A program made the position numbers and the translations under genes. Positions 37,811-57,078 of a stretch of DNA of 64,000 bases are shown here, in pieces. The notes beneath the pieces are model-generated. The model made no database searches. It had not been told where the DNA came from and saw only the letters and a program-made list of their open reading frames with translations. How positions within the stretch are numbered: position 1 is the first letter of the stretch; every line of letters starts with the position of its first letter. The stretch is from Paragordius varius (Eukaryota > Animalia > Nematomorpha): NCBI GenBank assembly GCA_964247055.1, contig OZ176054.1, forward strand, positions 2,728,001 to 2,792,000. Direction: 5' to 3'.

Positions 37811-40800
37811 ATGAATGATATGAATAAAAACAGTAAAGCTGCCAAAGCCATCCCTTTTTCAAGTAAAACCTTAGTTTTAGAAATCTTGTATTATAAATTT
37901 CAACATCCTAAATATTTTTGATTTTTAGGTGATACGACAGATAACGATATAACAAGTTTTTTCGAATGCCCTGTTTGTTTCGATTATGTGCTACCACCTA
38001 TCTATCAATGTCGGAGTGGACATTTAGTATGCGCATCGTGTCGCGTAAATCTTAAGTTTTGCCCCACTTGTCGCGGTCCCCTAGGTATTCTATAAAATTA
38101 TAGAAATTAAACTACCACCTTAATATAAAAGTTTTTAATTTAATATTTTTGGGTTAAATTATTATAATTTTTGTTCAAATATATTAATAGGGAACATCAG
38201 AAATTTGGCTATGGAAAAAGTAGCTAGCACTATATTTTTTCCATGCAAATTTAACAATTCTGGTTGCAATAAATCCTTATCGCATACGGAAAAGTTAGAA
38301 CACGAGGAAATATGTGAATTTAGGTAAATGAAAGATATGATATATAAATTATTAAATTATCATTATATATACTGATTTCTGACTTAAGTGTCTATTGATA
38401 ACATGACAATGCAATAAGATTTTAGGATCTAAATGTACTTACTCGCTCTACAAGTGTATAAATGACGCAAAGGCTAAATTATTAATAGTTTTTATTTGAT
38501 TTTTTTTCTTGCTTTTTTAATAATATTAATTGAAAAATTTTATAGTATAAATGATTCGTCATAATAAATAGATATAAATTTGTTAAAATTAAAGCAAATT
38601 CATATATATATATTATATATATAAATTATTTTAATTACAGGCCTTATGTATGCCCCTGCCCAGGTGCTTCTTGCAAATGGCAAGGTTCGCTTGAACAAGT
38701 TATGTCACATCTCTTGGTTTCTCATAAGACTATAACCACACTTCAAGGTATTTTATCAAATAATATCTAAGGAAACATTCACATATATATAAATATAGAA
38801 TTAAAATTATACACACTGTTAAAACCAAAGGATAAATATATTTTTTAAAAGATAACTATATTAAACTGTGTTTTTTTCGATATAAATTTTGGCTGTAAAT
38901 CATGGAAAAGAGCTGTTAATTGGTAAAACACTCAATTATATATTTTTTAATTGTGATTAATAGTTATAGTTTGTATCATGGTTTTAAAAAGTGTGGCCAT
39001 CTTCATAAGATTTTTTTGAATTTAGTTTTTTTTCATAGGTGAGGATATAGTTTTCCTAGCCACAGACATTAACTTACCAGGGAACGTTGATTGGGTCATG
39101 ATGCAAAGTTGTTTTGGCCATTACTTTATCCTAGTGTTGGAGAAACAAGAGAAACAATTGCTCCTACCCAATACACCTACGACGAACAATATTTCAGGTT
39201 CTGGAAACGGTTATATGGGCCCCGGGGGTTCCCCTTCAAATGGTGGTAGCAACTCGGCCAATAACACAGCAACCATTAATCCTTTGGGAGGTGCGGCGAA
39301 TAATTTAAGCGGTGGATTATTGCCACTTACCCCAAATAATAATGGGAATAATATTGGTAACAACTCGGTTAATTTGAGCAGTGGTGGTGCCCTTGGTAGT
39401 CATGGACATTCAGCCGGAGCTTCTGGAAACGATATATCAGGTTAGAACAGAGAATTATTTGGATTATTATATACTGGGACTCACCTGGTATGGAGTTTTA
39501 CGGCCATGCAATAATTTATTCATAGTATACAAATTTATGGCTAATTGAGGCGATTTTTTTACGTGCACATGCCTGTGTGTACAACTAATGATTTTTACAG
39601 ATCATTAGAAGATTGACCTTTTCCGTTAGTGCATTTTTACGCCCTAACTAACACCGCATGAGAATTAAAACAGGAATATTAATTAAAACTATTTACCTTT
39701 TGGGGCTGCGATTTCACACACAAATTTAACAATTTGATAAGTGTTTTTGTTTCGCTTACACAAAAATATTTTGAATTCCAATCCCTTCTTTTAGTTCAGA
39801 TAGTTATAGGATATGCGTTTGGCATTGGACTTAAAGTTTTTATATTTTTGAAATTAATTTTTTTCTGTAAGTTTTAATAACCTTCTGCTCAGGTTTGACA
39901 GTATTTTTTTTTAACATATCAATAACTGTCAAAAAAGGATAATAAATAAGAGCGTTAGGCATATATATATATATATATATATAATTTGTTTTAGCTTATA
40001 CCAACACCTTATGCTAAGTCACATTTAATATACGTTATTAATAGTCTATATTTATTTTCCTTACACAATTATTTTTTCCCTAAAAAGAGCTAATAAATTT
40101 TTAGGTAATATTTACATTCAATGGAAGTTGATATAGTAAATCCCTTAGCTGATTTTTTTAAAATCATACAATTTTTTATTGATATTTTATCCCAAAATAG
40201 GTCATCACCATTTAAATCAACATAACTTACAACAAACTTCTCCCCAACCACTTCAACAATTTTATGCGGTTGTCCAATTGATTGGTTCACGGAGACAGGC
40301 TGAGAATTTCGCTTACAAGTTTATTTCTTCTCTATGACTTTTATTAGCACTATAAATTACAAAACCAACTACTATATCTATAACACTATATATATTTAAT
40401 TATTATTATTGTTGTCAATTTATTGCTTTTTCGAAGGTGTATTTTCTCCAGTTTATTCGATTGTAAGTGAGTGATGTTAGCTGTTGTAACAAGAGATTGG
40501 TTTCTTTGGTTAGGTTTTCGATCCAGCGCATCTTGCAGCGTCCACGTTTCCTGGATCCTTCGACCCCCTTGCCTGTCATTAGTTGGAATTCCAAGTCATT
40601 AGCTCTGGTAATGTGACCAAAGTATGATAATTTCATTTTGAGGCACATGCCGATCAGGTGTATCTCGGAATTTATTTTGTCAAGGATTACGGTGTTCTTT
40701 ATTTTGTCTTTCCAGGTGATTTGTAGTATCTTCCGCCAGCACCACATTCCGAAGGCGTTAATGTATCTTTCGTCATCCTTTTTATTGTCCAACTTTCTGA

Positions 40801-42873
40801 CGCATATAGCACACTAGGGAATATTAGTGATTTAACTAATCGGATTTTTGTGTTGAGTTTGGTGTCATGTGACGACCAAAGTTCAAATAATTAAAAAATT
40901 ATGTATTTTTTACCAAGTTTGTTTTGTATCCCTTTGAACAAATTATATGATTAAAAAACTATCTAACGTTCGTAATCATATGACTAATAACTATCTAAAA
41001 TAAAAAAATGATATCTCTTTTGCTTCTGTAACTTAATTCATGTAAAGTATAAAATAACCGAAACATTTATGAAAGTTCCCGATTTCAGAGCCTATAAATC
41101 ATCATCGTTCCAATTATTTATAGAATATGTTCTTTTATATTTACAAAAGAATTTTATTACATAATTGTCCAAAATTTCTTAGAGAAAGAATTTTTACATC
41201 CACATATTTATATACCTTAGACTTGAACTCAATGGGAATGGGAGACGCCTAACTTGGGAAACTCGTCCTCGGAGTGTTCATGAAGGCGTTTCCTCAGCCA
41301 TTGCTCGGAGTGATTGCCTCGTTTTTGAGTCTGGAGTTGCGGCCCTTTTTGCCGAGAATGGGAATTTAGCCATAAACGTTACGATAACATCCCTGCTGCA
41401 ACATAATGCAAATAATGGCGGCGCCGCTAATTTAACCAGCAGCAATAGCAGTCAAAATAACGCGACTAATATTATTGGAAATAATTCCAATACTATGTCG
41501 AATAATGGTGGAGGGATGGGAAATAATCAAGGGAATAGTCTGGGAGTTGGTAGTGGAGGAGGAACTAACTTTTTAGGGTTTTTTTATATAACTTCTTGAA
41601 AGTTTAGAGGAATAAAAATTGAATTTATTTTGAAAAAAATTTAATGTGCAGTATCAATGAATCAATTAAATTACATATATTATTATATATTGTTATTAAA
41701 AGTTGTTTTATCAAGAATGCTTGCTTAGTTTATAATTTTAAGGCTTATTGTTTTCAATTAACAATCAACCCAAGAAATCATAGTTATAACACTGTATTTT
41801 CCTTATAATTTTTACAACTTTTTTATCATCTTGCAATTTAATATATATAACCATTAAAAATTAAATAAATATATCAGAAACATTTTTTGAAGAGTATTAA
41901 AGCCAAGAATACTGCTTATTTTGAAAACGGTATTACATCCCCATTTAAATATATATCGAATTTATGGTATTAACAAATATATAGAAGTTATAATAACTCT
42001 TTATTTCCCATTCATTTAATTAGTCTCAATTCGAGTAACACAGTATCAGGTGGTAGTCATTGCTCACAACAACACATCCACACTTGTCTCAATAATTTAG
42101 TTAGCAATAATGCGAACAATGGAATAGGTGGCGGCTTATTACATACGCCTAATGCTGCTGTTTCTTCCAATCTATTTCTGCTGAACAATAATAACGCAAA
42201 TTCATCACATTGTGCTCATGGTAATACTATAAACACGACGAATGGTACTAACAATAATTTATGTTGCTTGAACAGTGGAGGACACCCTTCTGGTAAATAT
42301 TTGAAAAAAAATTTTCCCTATAAAGTCGTTTTTTACCAAATTTTAGAAGTTAAAATAATGGGGGAATCTTTAGCGAATATGCTCTTTAACGAAATTTGTT
42401 AATCGTAGAAAGGTTTTTCATGCAGGAAAAGGGGCAAACACGTCCCTAAAAATATGATAAAAACCCTATTTTTCGTACATATATGCCATCACAGATTTCT
42501 CTCATCTTAAGCACTTTCAAACCAACTTGGACATATTTAAAAAAAATCCGATCGGTCATATTGTTAAATTTGATATATTCTTATGTAATTTAGAATAACG
42601 AATTTTTTGATGGTAAATTCAGGATGGGTTATTTTATCAATATTTTTTTGTAAGGTACCTTATATTCTTTTGTTGTCTATCCATCTTATAGAACAAAGAT
42701 CATTTTTGTTTATTAATTAATTTAATTTTTTTTTAGGTAATGTGTTACAATTCGGCATAAATCATGGCTCAGCAACTGGCTTACATAACCATCATCACGT
42801 GAATTTGCAAACACAAGCCTCTACTGGTGCTGGAAGCATTGGAAATTTGTCGCCTAACGCTAACCTTTTATAG
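37811..42873 (+). CDS. siah: Seven-in-absentia (Siah/Sina) RING E3 ubiquitin ligase with N/G-rich insertion and C-terminal extension; exons 37811-37862, 37929-38084, 38191-38323, 38641-38747, 39039-39440, 40201-40318, 41221-41577, 42024-42292, 42737-42873
   Basis: [119 protein letters not shown]. Intron phases are consistent. The first exon and the last two (low-complexity) exons are less certain. Confidence 0.88.
40400..40800 (-). mobile_element. 5'-truncated RTE-type LINE fragment inside a Siah intron
   Basis: [20 protein letters not shown]...LSYFGHITR...[17 protein letters not shown]...NW, followed by an (AAT)n tail. Confidence 0.8.
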
Positions 42874-44004
42874 GGTAATTTCTTTTATCTTTATAGTGTG
42901 ATAAAATTCTTATGGTAAATATTATTGACTTTTTGGAATTAATATAAAATTATTCTCTACGCAATTTATTGTTATATAAATTGGTTTACATAACGTTCAG
43001 GGAAATTATTAATGTCTATTGTACTTACGATTAAAAATATTTTATAGAGCAATATTTAGTGAAATACTTAATCATAAAATTAATTAACTAATCCATTTTT
43101 TAAAATATTACAACATAAAATAATGTTTTATTACAACTCTTTTCTTTATATATCCAGTTCTTACAATAAATTCTTTCATTACATTATTAATTTTGATGTG
43201 TTGCATTGTTGTAGTTTTTCGATAAGAATCAAACTGAAAAGACGAAGATACCACGAAATATTCTGTGCTATTTACTATATATACAGCATATGCAAACAGG
43301 CATTTATTAATGTTTGTTAGTAGTCTAATATAGTTAAATTTCTCTTCACAACAATATTTATTTTATAAAAAAATTTATTTATAACTTATTTATAACTATT
43401 AACACCATAAACATTATATTTATATCCAGTTTCAGTGATGAAATACTTTTTTTAATAATAAATTTAATAAATAGAAAAATTTATTATTATTGCAATATAA
43501 TTCAGCTAAAATTATATAAATTTATTGGGGTGAATTTTCGATTTTTACTAGTAATCCCATATCAGTTTACGATGGGTATATATTTTAACTAGACTTTATC
43601 CTTAAGTTTGTCCTAAAAGTTTTCATAAGTAAGGTTTGATAAAAATTTATTTTATATTTATATAATAATGTTTGCATAAGGTTTACAAAAAAATATTTGG
43701 CATTTTGCATTTAATATATAATAAGTACGTAAAAGTAATTATATCTAAATTGCAATTTAGTTGTTAGATAATGATGATTGTAAATTATAATGCTATTTAA
43801 TATCACATTATTTGGTTAAAATTATTCTTTATAAAACATATTAAATATTGCATTTTTGATTAAATATAATATAATTGAAAAGGGGATTTTAATGATATAT
43901 ACATGTTAAAAGATAAATTAATATTTGAGCTATTGTTTTATAAAATATAATAGATATTTTTCGTATTTTATAATATAAAATTAGTTTCAATCAAAAATTT
44001 TCTG

Positions 44005-47805
<3,801 letters not shown>

Positions 47806-50800
47806 CTAATATAAAAAATAAAATTAATTTTGAATATATGGAAAAATGGGTATATCATCTTTCATGTAGAATAAATTTCCTAAATAAAACTGAGTTGATA
47901 TATCGTTTTTCCTGCATCAAATTGTATAAATATTTATGAAGCATATTGTATGTTTTGTTGAAATTATACGTTAATTCCGTTTTGATGCATATCAAAAAAT
48001 TTCTTTTTTTACATATAACTTAAATCATTTTTTTTAACGCGATATATTATGTAAACTCTGCAGGAAATTAAAATGGCTTTTTTTCTAGCCCGTTAACCGC
48101 ATTTATTAGATTTAAATATTCATTATGCCATAGCTTTTAGCTATAAAATTATATGTGTTTTCATAAAACCTAGATTTCTGATCCCAATTTTTGCCCCTCA
48201 GTGTAATTATAAAATTTAGAGTAAATGTGAAATGTTCAGAGAGAGTTACAGAGGCATTTTCCAAGTATTAGATTTCGAAATGCGTATTTAATTTTTACAA
48301 TATAAAAAAAGGTGAGGAACAAACAGTAAGGAGAGGTATTTATAGTTGGGTATATTAAATGGTGATGCCATTTATGAGTTTTTCATTTCATTAGTTATAT
48401 ATTTAATTTAACACTGTATTTTTTTCTTAAGGATTTTCAAAATTGTCAAATAAAAAGCAAAATCTCATACATGGCAACAGACATGTAGATAAATCTCCTT
48501 TTAGGCATTTAAACTTATAATAATGGCGCTTAATGTGTCATATTAAAAATAAACTTATCATTGTAATTTACAATGTATTCTATATATATATATATACATA
48601 CTAACCGAAAAAATTTCGAATTAGTTAAGAATGGCTAAAGAGGTTATTGAAAATAAAGTGATTAAATCAAGAAATTTTATAAGAAAATAAAAATGGCCTT
48701 TGGTTATATGATATGAAAATTTCATTAGACTTAACAACAAATTCTGTCACTCGAGTTTTTTGCTTTTTTTATTTAGTATCATTTTAACAGTAATTCTGAA
48801 TTAAAAATTATGAATCTGCCTAATTTGTGTAATTGGATAATTTTATGATTTAGATACATCGATAGTTAATATTGGACATGGGAAGCGACAAACCCGCGAA
48901 GCGAGAACGTTTTTCTTATTAAAGTATTATTGAAACTAATGGATGAAAATAGCTTGAATTTTGTGTAGATGACAAGGAATGTCTAAAAAAGGTAACGCAA
49001 GAAAGTTTATGCGATTAAAACAATTATTTTTTGCTTTTGTGTCATTCAAAACAGCAGTTTTTTCTGTTTTTTTAAAAAATTATTATCATATCAATATTAT
49101 TTTCTTTGAAAAATTTCAAAGACTAGAAATATAGTTTAAGGTCCATTAAACTTTTATATCCATTATGTAATAAATTTACAGTTATAACCATGCATTTTAG
49201 TATCCAGTAGGTAAATTAATTATGATACTAATAATTTTATTGAAAAAGCAAATTAAAAGCTTTTTAAGACCATATAAGCCCAAATAACTTTTAAATCAGA
49301 TTGATTTAATTGACTGACTACCATTCGAAAGATTCAGTTTCGCGCTCTTTTGAATGATATAAAATACATGGCTCTATATCTAAAAATTTTAATTTTGAAA
49401 ATTTCGAGTCTAATGCTAAATCGGGGCCAAAAATTTTCGATAAACCCTAATATAAAAATTCTTAAGTGTTGGAACTTTTTCCGATATACTATTTATGTAC
49501 TTTAATAAAATAATTTTTAAATTTACAAGAATGGCACTTAAAAGTCAAAATTTGTTGTCTAGTGTAATATATCATCCTTTATCATAATTTTTTTTAAATA
49601 ACCAAAGATTAATTTTTGCGTTTAGGAAAAACAAAAATACTTGGAAAATAAAGCAGAAAAATGACAAATTTTGCCTAAAAATTTTATTCTTACCATTTAA
49701 ATTACCTCATATGGATATTAACGTATAAATGTATGATAATTCTAAAAAAATTAAAAAACATACGTTGAATGAAATTTATATTGAAACGAGTAATGAAAAA
49801 TAATTCTTTTGTAATTGTAAGAAGGCGTGGATCTGTTTCAAAAGAAACTTTTAGGTCAGCTCTTCTGCAGTTTTTACCACCATATTCAATATTAAACAAA
49901 ACTAAGCTCATAAAAGAGGAAATTTATATTTCAAAAAGCTTTATATATAGAGACGGTCTTTGATTTATATATTAAAAAAGGATTAACGATTCAAGTTTGT
50001 AGTATTTATCATAAGGAAATATGATGGATTTGGCTAAGATATGTGATATAAATGTTATATTATCTTTCAGACTAGCCATTATAGATTATATACGAGAAAA
50101 TGTTTCATCAATGTATAATAAAATGAATAAGTAAAATAATAAAATTAATCCATAACATAAGTTACCAATTTTGGCCAACAAATTAATGTTATTTATTTAC
50201 TGACATAATATTTTGTGATCCCGTGTATAAAGAAATCCGTTTAATTAAACATCCGAAAACAATGAATTTGATTTTTTGCATTATTTGATAAAATTAACGA
50301 TGTTGATGTAAACAAAATTAGATTAAATATTTAAAAGTTAAGGGATAGTGGGATGTTTATATATATAATTATAAATTAAGTAATAGCCTTTTATCATAAT
50401 CAATTAAGTCATTAAAAAACTAATTTTAATTGACTAAAAGATGAAATTTATCAAATGGGACAGCAGACAATTAAAAATTTTGTATCCTCATGTTAAAAAA
50501 TAAATTTTTAAGTGCCGGCTGCTGGCATATTAAGTACTGGTCCAAAAAGTTATATGAATGCAATTTTTAGATAACTGCAATCCAATAAGTATAAAAATAT
50601 AAAACTTAATATTGATTTTAAAAGCTTAAAAAAGCGATATCTGATCTGACCGCATAAAAAAGTATCCATTTACGGTCAGTGCAGTGAATGAATGCATATA
50701 TGGGAATGTATAATGGTTTTAATCTTATACTAAGGATATAATACCCAAAATTAAATTAATTAAGAAAAAAACTATTGATTCTAATATAAAGTCCAATAGT

Positions 50801-53800
50801 TTATACTCTCTGTAACGAAATGATAATTTATTGAATGCTTTTCAAACGACTATCATTCGATAAAAATATTCAACATATAATAAAAACACTTATGTTGATA
50901 TTATTTAAAGTATAATTTCAAAAAGTTTACAAATATGCTGATTTTTTAATAAAAATAATAAAATGGGTGTAATATTTAAAGTTTTGTAAACCATGTCAAA
51001 CGGTTACAAAAATATGTCAAGTTTAAGGTTAAGGTTAACGAGTTATAAAAAAATTACAATAACAAAATCATTAATCTTTTAACATCGAAAACATTCTATT
51101 GAATAAATGTTAATTTTATGAGTACATACCGCTTATTGATCTACTTTACAAAAATAATTAAATTTACTATATTTGATCAAAATCAACTGAAAATATCTAT
51201 ATAATAATTTTATGAGATGAAAAATTTAAAATAAGTCAATTAAACTTTGTTTTATATTTAAAGGGCCATAAATTATGCCAAAAAGGATATTTACTTGATA
51301 TATAGGAATAATAATAATTAAAACGAATGAATCTAAAAAATCAAGAAATGATAAAAATGATTGATATTAAAATTAAGATTTTTCTGGCAAATCGGAAAAA
51401 GTATTTATTTTTTCTGAGCGTAAGTTCCGGTTTTTGCTTGTTTTTATTAAGTGATGTAATATGTAATAATTTAATTATATACTATATATATTTAATAGCG
51501 TGGGTGCGGTTGTATTGATTTTTAAGATAATGTCAATGTTTTAGTCAAATCAAATTTTTTAAAGATGATGAGAATGACTAAGGGAAATTAAATTATATAT
51601 TGTAAAAAAGTATTGGTTGGTTAAAATATATAATATGCGCGACCGGGGAATATAAGACATATATATTGCGTATTCAATAATATTTTTTTAAATAAAGTTT
51701 TTCGTTTTTAATGACGATTAAAAATAAAAAGTTTTTTCCACAGTATTGGACAATAATAAGATGATAAATATAATAATGTGTGTCGCGATAACTAAAAACA
51801 AATATATATTTTTTGCTAAATTCAAATAAAACCAATAATTGTTTATATACACTCTATATGTAATGCAATCATAATAAAACTATTAATATATATCACGGAA
51901 AAATTGAAGTAGCTTCCAAAAAATTGTGTAGATATATCGATATATTAATTAGATTGTGCGAATAAAAATGATGATACTATTTTATACAGGATGGTTTTTT
52001 AATTTATTAAAAAATGCTTTATAATTAAAGGTAAACATTGAATTTTATTTAAATACTTTCGCCGACAAAAAAAAGTTGGGGCCATTTTTAACTAAAAAAA
52101 TAATTTTCAGAAAAATCAAATATAAATGCGTATGATTACGATACGCAGATATTGTTTTACTCAATTTACATCATAATATTATAACGTCATCGATATTCGA
52201 AAAATCAATTACGTACTTTTTTCTTGTAATGATAAATTTCATTAGGAAAAAAAATGGGATCTGGGGTCAAAGTGTTTGAAATTAAAAGATAATTATTTCA
52301 TATATATGTATATGAGCTTTTTTGCGCCCAAACCAATTCATTCAATTTATAATGGTGAGAATATATTTTTAAAGAAATTGAAATATAAAAATCAATAACT
52401 ACATCTAGAGAAAGAAGGAATATAATGTACAGACCATTCTTCTGTATATCTGGTGTTTGAATATATATATTTTCCAAATAACAAAGTTCATATTATATCT
52501 GTTTTTTAATACAAATACAATACCATTCAACCTAACTGATAACTAAAATATTTTATTCCCTTTTAAGCGAAGATTACAGAAATAGGAATTAAAAAGTGCA
52601 CAAGAATCAAAAATTCGGTTTGATAAAAATAAAAACGTTTTTAATAAAAAATAACCAACTACTTTATATAGTTGAGAAACAAATACTAGTTTCTTGATAT
52701 GCCGTTCCTGAAAATATGCTAAAAATCGTTTATGGCGTTACTAAATAATAAAAAAAATATTGTAACTTTAATTATACCAAGTTTTACTATAAAAACCATG
52801 TAGTTAATGACGAAATCGCGAATCCCGTTCCTAAAAATAAATAATTAATATCATTTAAATCGCACCTCTTAGTAGAAACGGACTAATTAATTTAAAGCAA
52901 TTTTTTATAAAATTATTTAACTATTTAAATCTAATATTTGCGAAAGTATAATCAAGTTGAATTTCAGCCAGTTATCCACAAAGGGGACTATCTAAGAGGT
53001 TTTTCAAGTTTGCATAATCTTATTTTGCCCTATTTATGTACAAAGGCAAGACAGTCAAATGGTTTAACGAATATGCCGACACATAAATGTGATAATTCCT
53101 TTTTTTATTAAGTGCAATGGCATATTTTAGAATCGGCCAGTTATATTACGAAAACATGTATGCTTTATGAAACAATTTAAGAAAACCTAATCAGCCATTA
53201 AACGATTTCACTTCCTCATAAACCACTCAGGTCCCGGTTTCATCCGTCCTGGAGTCAGTTCGGTTTCGGTTCTACCTCTAAAATGATTGGTTATTATATA
53301 ATAAAAAATAAAATTAATTGTTTAAATCATAATTTAATATTGATGTATTATAACATTTTTTCTAGTTTCCCATCAAAATGGAACCACCATCATTATTTAA
53401 AATTTGTTGTTTAAAATTATTTTAATGATCATATGATAACATTTTTTTCTAGTATCCGATTAAAATAAAATTACCGCGTTGATCTTTGAATATCTTTCAG
53501 TGGTAATAAACAGTGGCCCATGGGCCGCATGAAGCCTTCAAGACTCCGGCCACGGAAATATTAAAACTTTATCATTTAAGGCTACATTAGCGGTGCATAT
53601 TACGGCTAACAAAGAAACTTTTACGCGTTAAATCTTTATGATCTGATAAATAGTGTGACGACCTAATTGTTTTGGCACAATTATTTTTTAGAGTTATATA
53701 AAGATATCCTTCATAGTTAATACAAATACGCTTTTTACTTCCTCTGTACTTATATATTTTGCTATTTATTTTTTTTAAATTATGTGTTGATTTACAATTT

Positions 53801-53867
53801 TTAATATTTTGGTTTGAATATAATAGAAAGTTTATATGGAAATCATTTTATGATATTCCAGAAAAAT

Positions 53868-54047
53868 GAAACCGGTTCCATATGTAAAGAACCGGTTCCG
53901 GAACCGTTAATTTAAGACCAGGTTCTGGTTTCACTTGCTCAGACTCGCTTTTATTAAATTCCCAGGAACCAGGTGGGTTTCGGGTCCACCCGTCCAGGAA
54001 CCCATCCGGTTTCCGTCCCACCTTTTTCGAACCCATTCTAAGCTCTG
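53868..54047. repeat. GC-rich cluster of AACCGG/CCGGTT motifs, probably the subterminal region of a DNA transposon; related patch at 53232-53275
   Basis: Repeated GAACCGG(TT) motifs in AT-rich context, ending in CTAAGCTCTG; the matching opposite terminus was not found. Confidence 0.4.
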
Positions 54048-54427
54048 CCGAAACCTTATTGATATTTTTTGCATGAACAGCTTATCTCTTTGACACCATC
54101 CAGTGTACTATAAAATTGTCTTTAGTTATCTTAAAACGGAACTTAGAAATGGCCTGGTATTGAAATATCATTTAAACATTAACAAAAAATTTTTCAACAT
54201 TTTTTATAGAAATAAGAACCACTAACTGCAGCACAGGGCTGACAGGGATGCCAAGATAAAATATAATTTCAAATGATAGCGAAAATGGAGGAGTGTCGTA
54301 TGTTTAGTTAGATTTCCCACAATATATAAAAAATTATCTAACTAATCAAAAAAGCACCATGGTAATGTGACTAAAAATTCCTTCTCTATAAATAGTCTGT
54401 AGCCATGTTTCCCATGCGCGCTATAGG

Positions 54428-56852
54428 TAAGGTGACCAGACGTCCCGCTTTTGGCGGGACAGTCCCGCTTTTTCACACTTTGTCCCGCGTCCCGCTACGT
54501 TTTTGAAATGTCCCGCTTTTTCAAGATTATATAAAAAATAATTTTTTTTAAATCATTTAAATTTTTTATTAAAAATTTATTTTTTTTATTCGTTTAAATT
54601 TTTTATCATTAGTTATCTTTAAAATCTATATCAATTTTAAATTACAATTTTTTATTATTTTTTTCAAATTTATATCATGTGATTATACACTTTGCTTCCT
54701 ACTCTTACTACCAACATTATTAAAAAGACTAATTAATACCACAAATCGGTAGCTTATATAACTTCAAAAAATTAAGGTACTAAAATATATTTTTATACTA
54801 ATATTTTAGTTATATTATCTGCCAATCTTATCAAAAAGACAAATTAATACCAAAAATAGGTAGCTTATACGTTTATTCCAGAAAACTACGGTAATATTTT
54901 TTTAAACTAATATTAGTAAAAAAATATGAGTACAAAAACAGGTTATTAATTCAACAATGAATTAATCAAAGAATTTCCTTTAACGAAAAATGAATCATTT
55001 ATTAAATGTTCTTTATGCGGAGGGGGAATTCACCCTAGCACATGGCGGCAAGCATGATATTACAAAGCATATGAAAACATAGAAACCTAAAAATTGTTTA
55101 GATGTGGCATCATCATCATCTTACAAAATGAGTGATTTTTATCGAAAAACCGCTTTTGGAGAGGAAGAAAAAAATTTGGCACTAGCCGAAGGCGTTTTAT
55201 CTTTTCACGTGGTTAATCACAATCATTCCTTTAGTTCTATGGATTCTACCACACAGATTATTCGTACCTTATTCAATAAAAAATTTACATGTGGCCGTAC
55301 AAAGGCTGAAGTCATTGTATGCAATGTCCTTTAGCCACATGCATTTTCTGAAATATAAAAGATTTGCTAATTAATTTCATATCGCTATACTCTGCTGCAT
55401 CAAATCACATGGAAACAAAATTATTTCCCACTTTAATAAGATATTTTTATCCAGAAACCGGAGTAAAAATTAAAATTTTAGTTCTATTTCTCTCGGTTAA
55501 AATTCCGACATAATTTTTACTTCAATAATGAATATTCTAGAAAAAAATAATTTAAAAAACAAAATCATCGCATATTGCGCTGACAACACCAATACGAACT
55601 TCGGTGGAAAAGCAAGGAGGGGAACAAAAAATATTTTTTAATAAATTAGCAGATAATCTTATCAAAACATTATTGGCGCTGGGTGTGCACATATATTACA
55701 CAATGCTATTCAAACAGCTGCTGATTTGATATTTCTAGATATGGAAAATGTAGTTGTTAAAATACATTCCTATTTTTATATATATACGGTACGCGTTGAA
55801 ACGCTTAAGGAAATTCTATGAAAATGCAGAAGTTTATTATCAAAAAATGCTTGGATATTGTAAAACTTGTTGGTTAGTTCTTCTGCCAGCTATTGAGAGA
55901 ATTTTAAAAATGTGATCCTTTAAAATCCTATTTTTTATCACAGGACAAATGTCCTACAACTTTCGAAAAGTTTTTTGAAAGTGATTCTTCAAAAATATAG
56001 TTATTCCTACATAATCAAGCTTCTCTCTTTCAAAATGTTATGTAATTGTAAAGGTGACAAAACTTTGGCTATCAAAGTAACCAATGAAGTTGGTAACCTA
56101 AAATTCCAATGTCAAGAAAGGTTAGAAAATAATTTTATACCATTAACCATCCGCAATATTATAATTAATTTAGAAAAACAAGGCTTAATAAATCGCCAAG
56201 ATATCCTGTACATTATAAAAATGTTTTATATAAACTGTAAAGATTATTTGTAAGACTGGACGGTGCAATCCAATGATCATTGGATAACATTAAAACCAGA
56301 ATTTAATTGGTGTATTCAAAAATCATTTGATTACATCTGCATCTCCCAAAAATTCCCAAAAAGTAATCTTTCAGAAAATGATCCTTTTTCTGAAGAGTTA
56401 AAAAATATATTAATAATGACAAACTTAAATTATGGACTACTAAAAAAACAGTAGAAAAGAAATTGTTAGAAATATTTCATCAATTTGAAACAAACTATGT
56501 TTCATGCAATATTTTGAAAATTGTGGAATTGGCACTATCTTTACTTTTCCACACTAAATAAGGTGTGGACATCGGAAAAATTAAATTTACATGTCGAAAC
56601 TAAAGGCCATTTTATCTGTCAAATATAATTTGACAAATACTTGTGAAGACCTATATTTTAAAAAAGGATGACAGTCTGCTAAAACGCAGTCCCTTAAATA
56701 AAAAAAATATACCAAAAAATAAAATATTTATATATATTTAAATAAATAAATATTACAATAAATTTTTTGTATAAAAATTTTTGGTTGGACCCCCCATGCC
56801 CCCCTTTCTCAGATTTGTCCCGCTTTTTTCTTCAAAAAATCTGGTCACTTTA
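54428..56852 (+). mobile_element. Full-length hAT DNA transposon (2425 bp) with a disrupted transposase
   Basis: TIR TAAGGTGACCAGA / TCTGGTCACTTTA. Perfect 8-bp TSD GCTATAGG (54420-54427, 56853-56860). Subterminal GTCCCGC repeats. Remnants of a BED finger (KCSLC..H..K HM), ADNTNTNFGG, GCAHILHN and an RW-like segment, with stops and frameshifts. Confidence 0.9.
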
Positions 56853-57078
56853 GCTATAGGTAACAAGGCAACGGTTAAAAGAAATATAAAATAGTAAACA
56901 TAAACAAATATTTTTATTTATAAAGATGCAAGAACATATAAAAATTCTTGGCGTATAAAATTTCTATACTGATTATAACGGATAAAGGCGACTTCAAGCA
57001 AGTTGACCATCAAGGTAATCAAAATTAGCCGCGCTCTCTTTTGAGAATAAATTCAATTTATTTTACCTCTTATAACAT

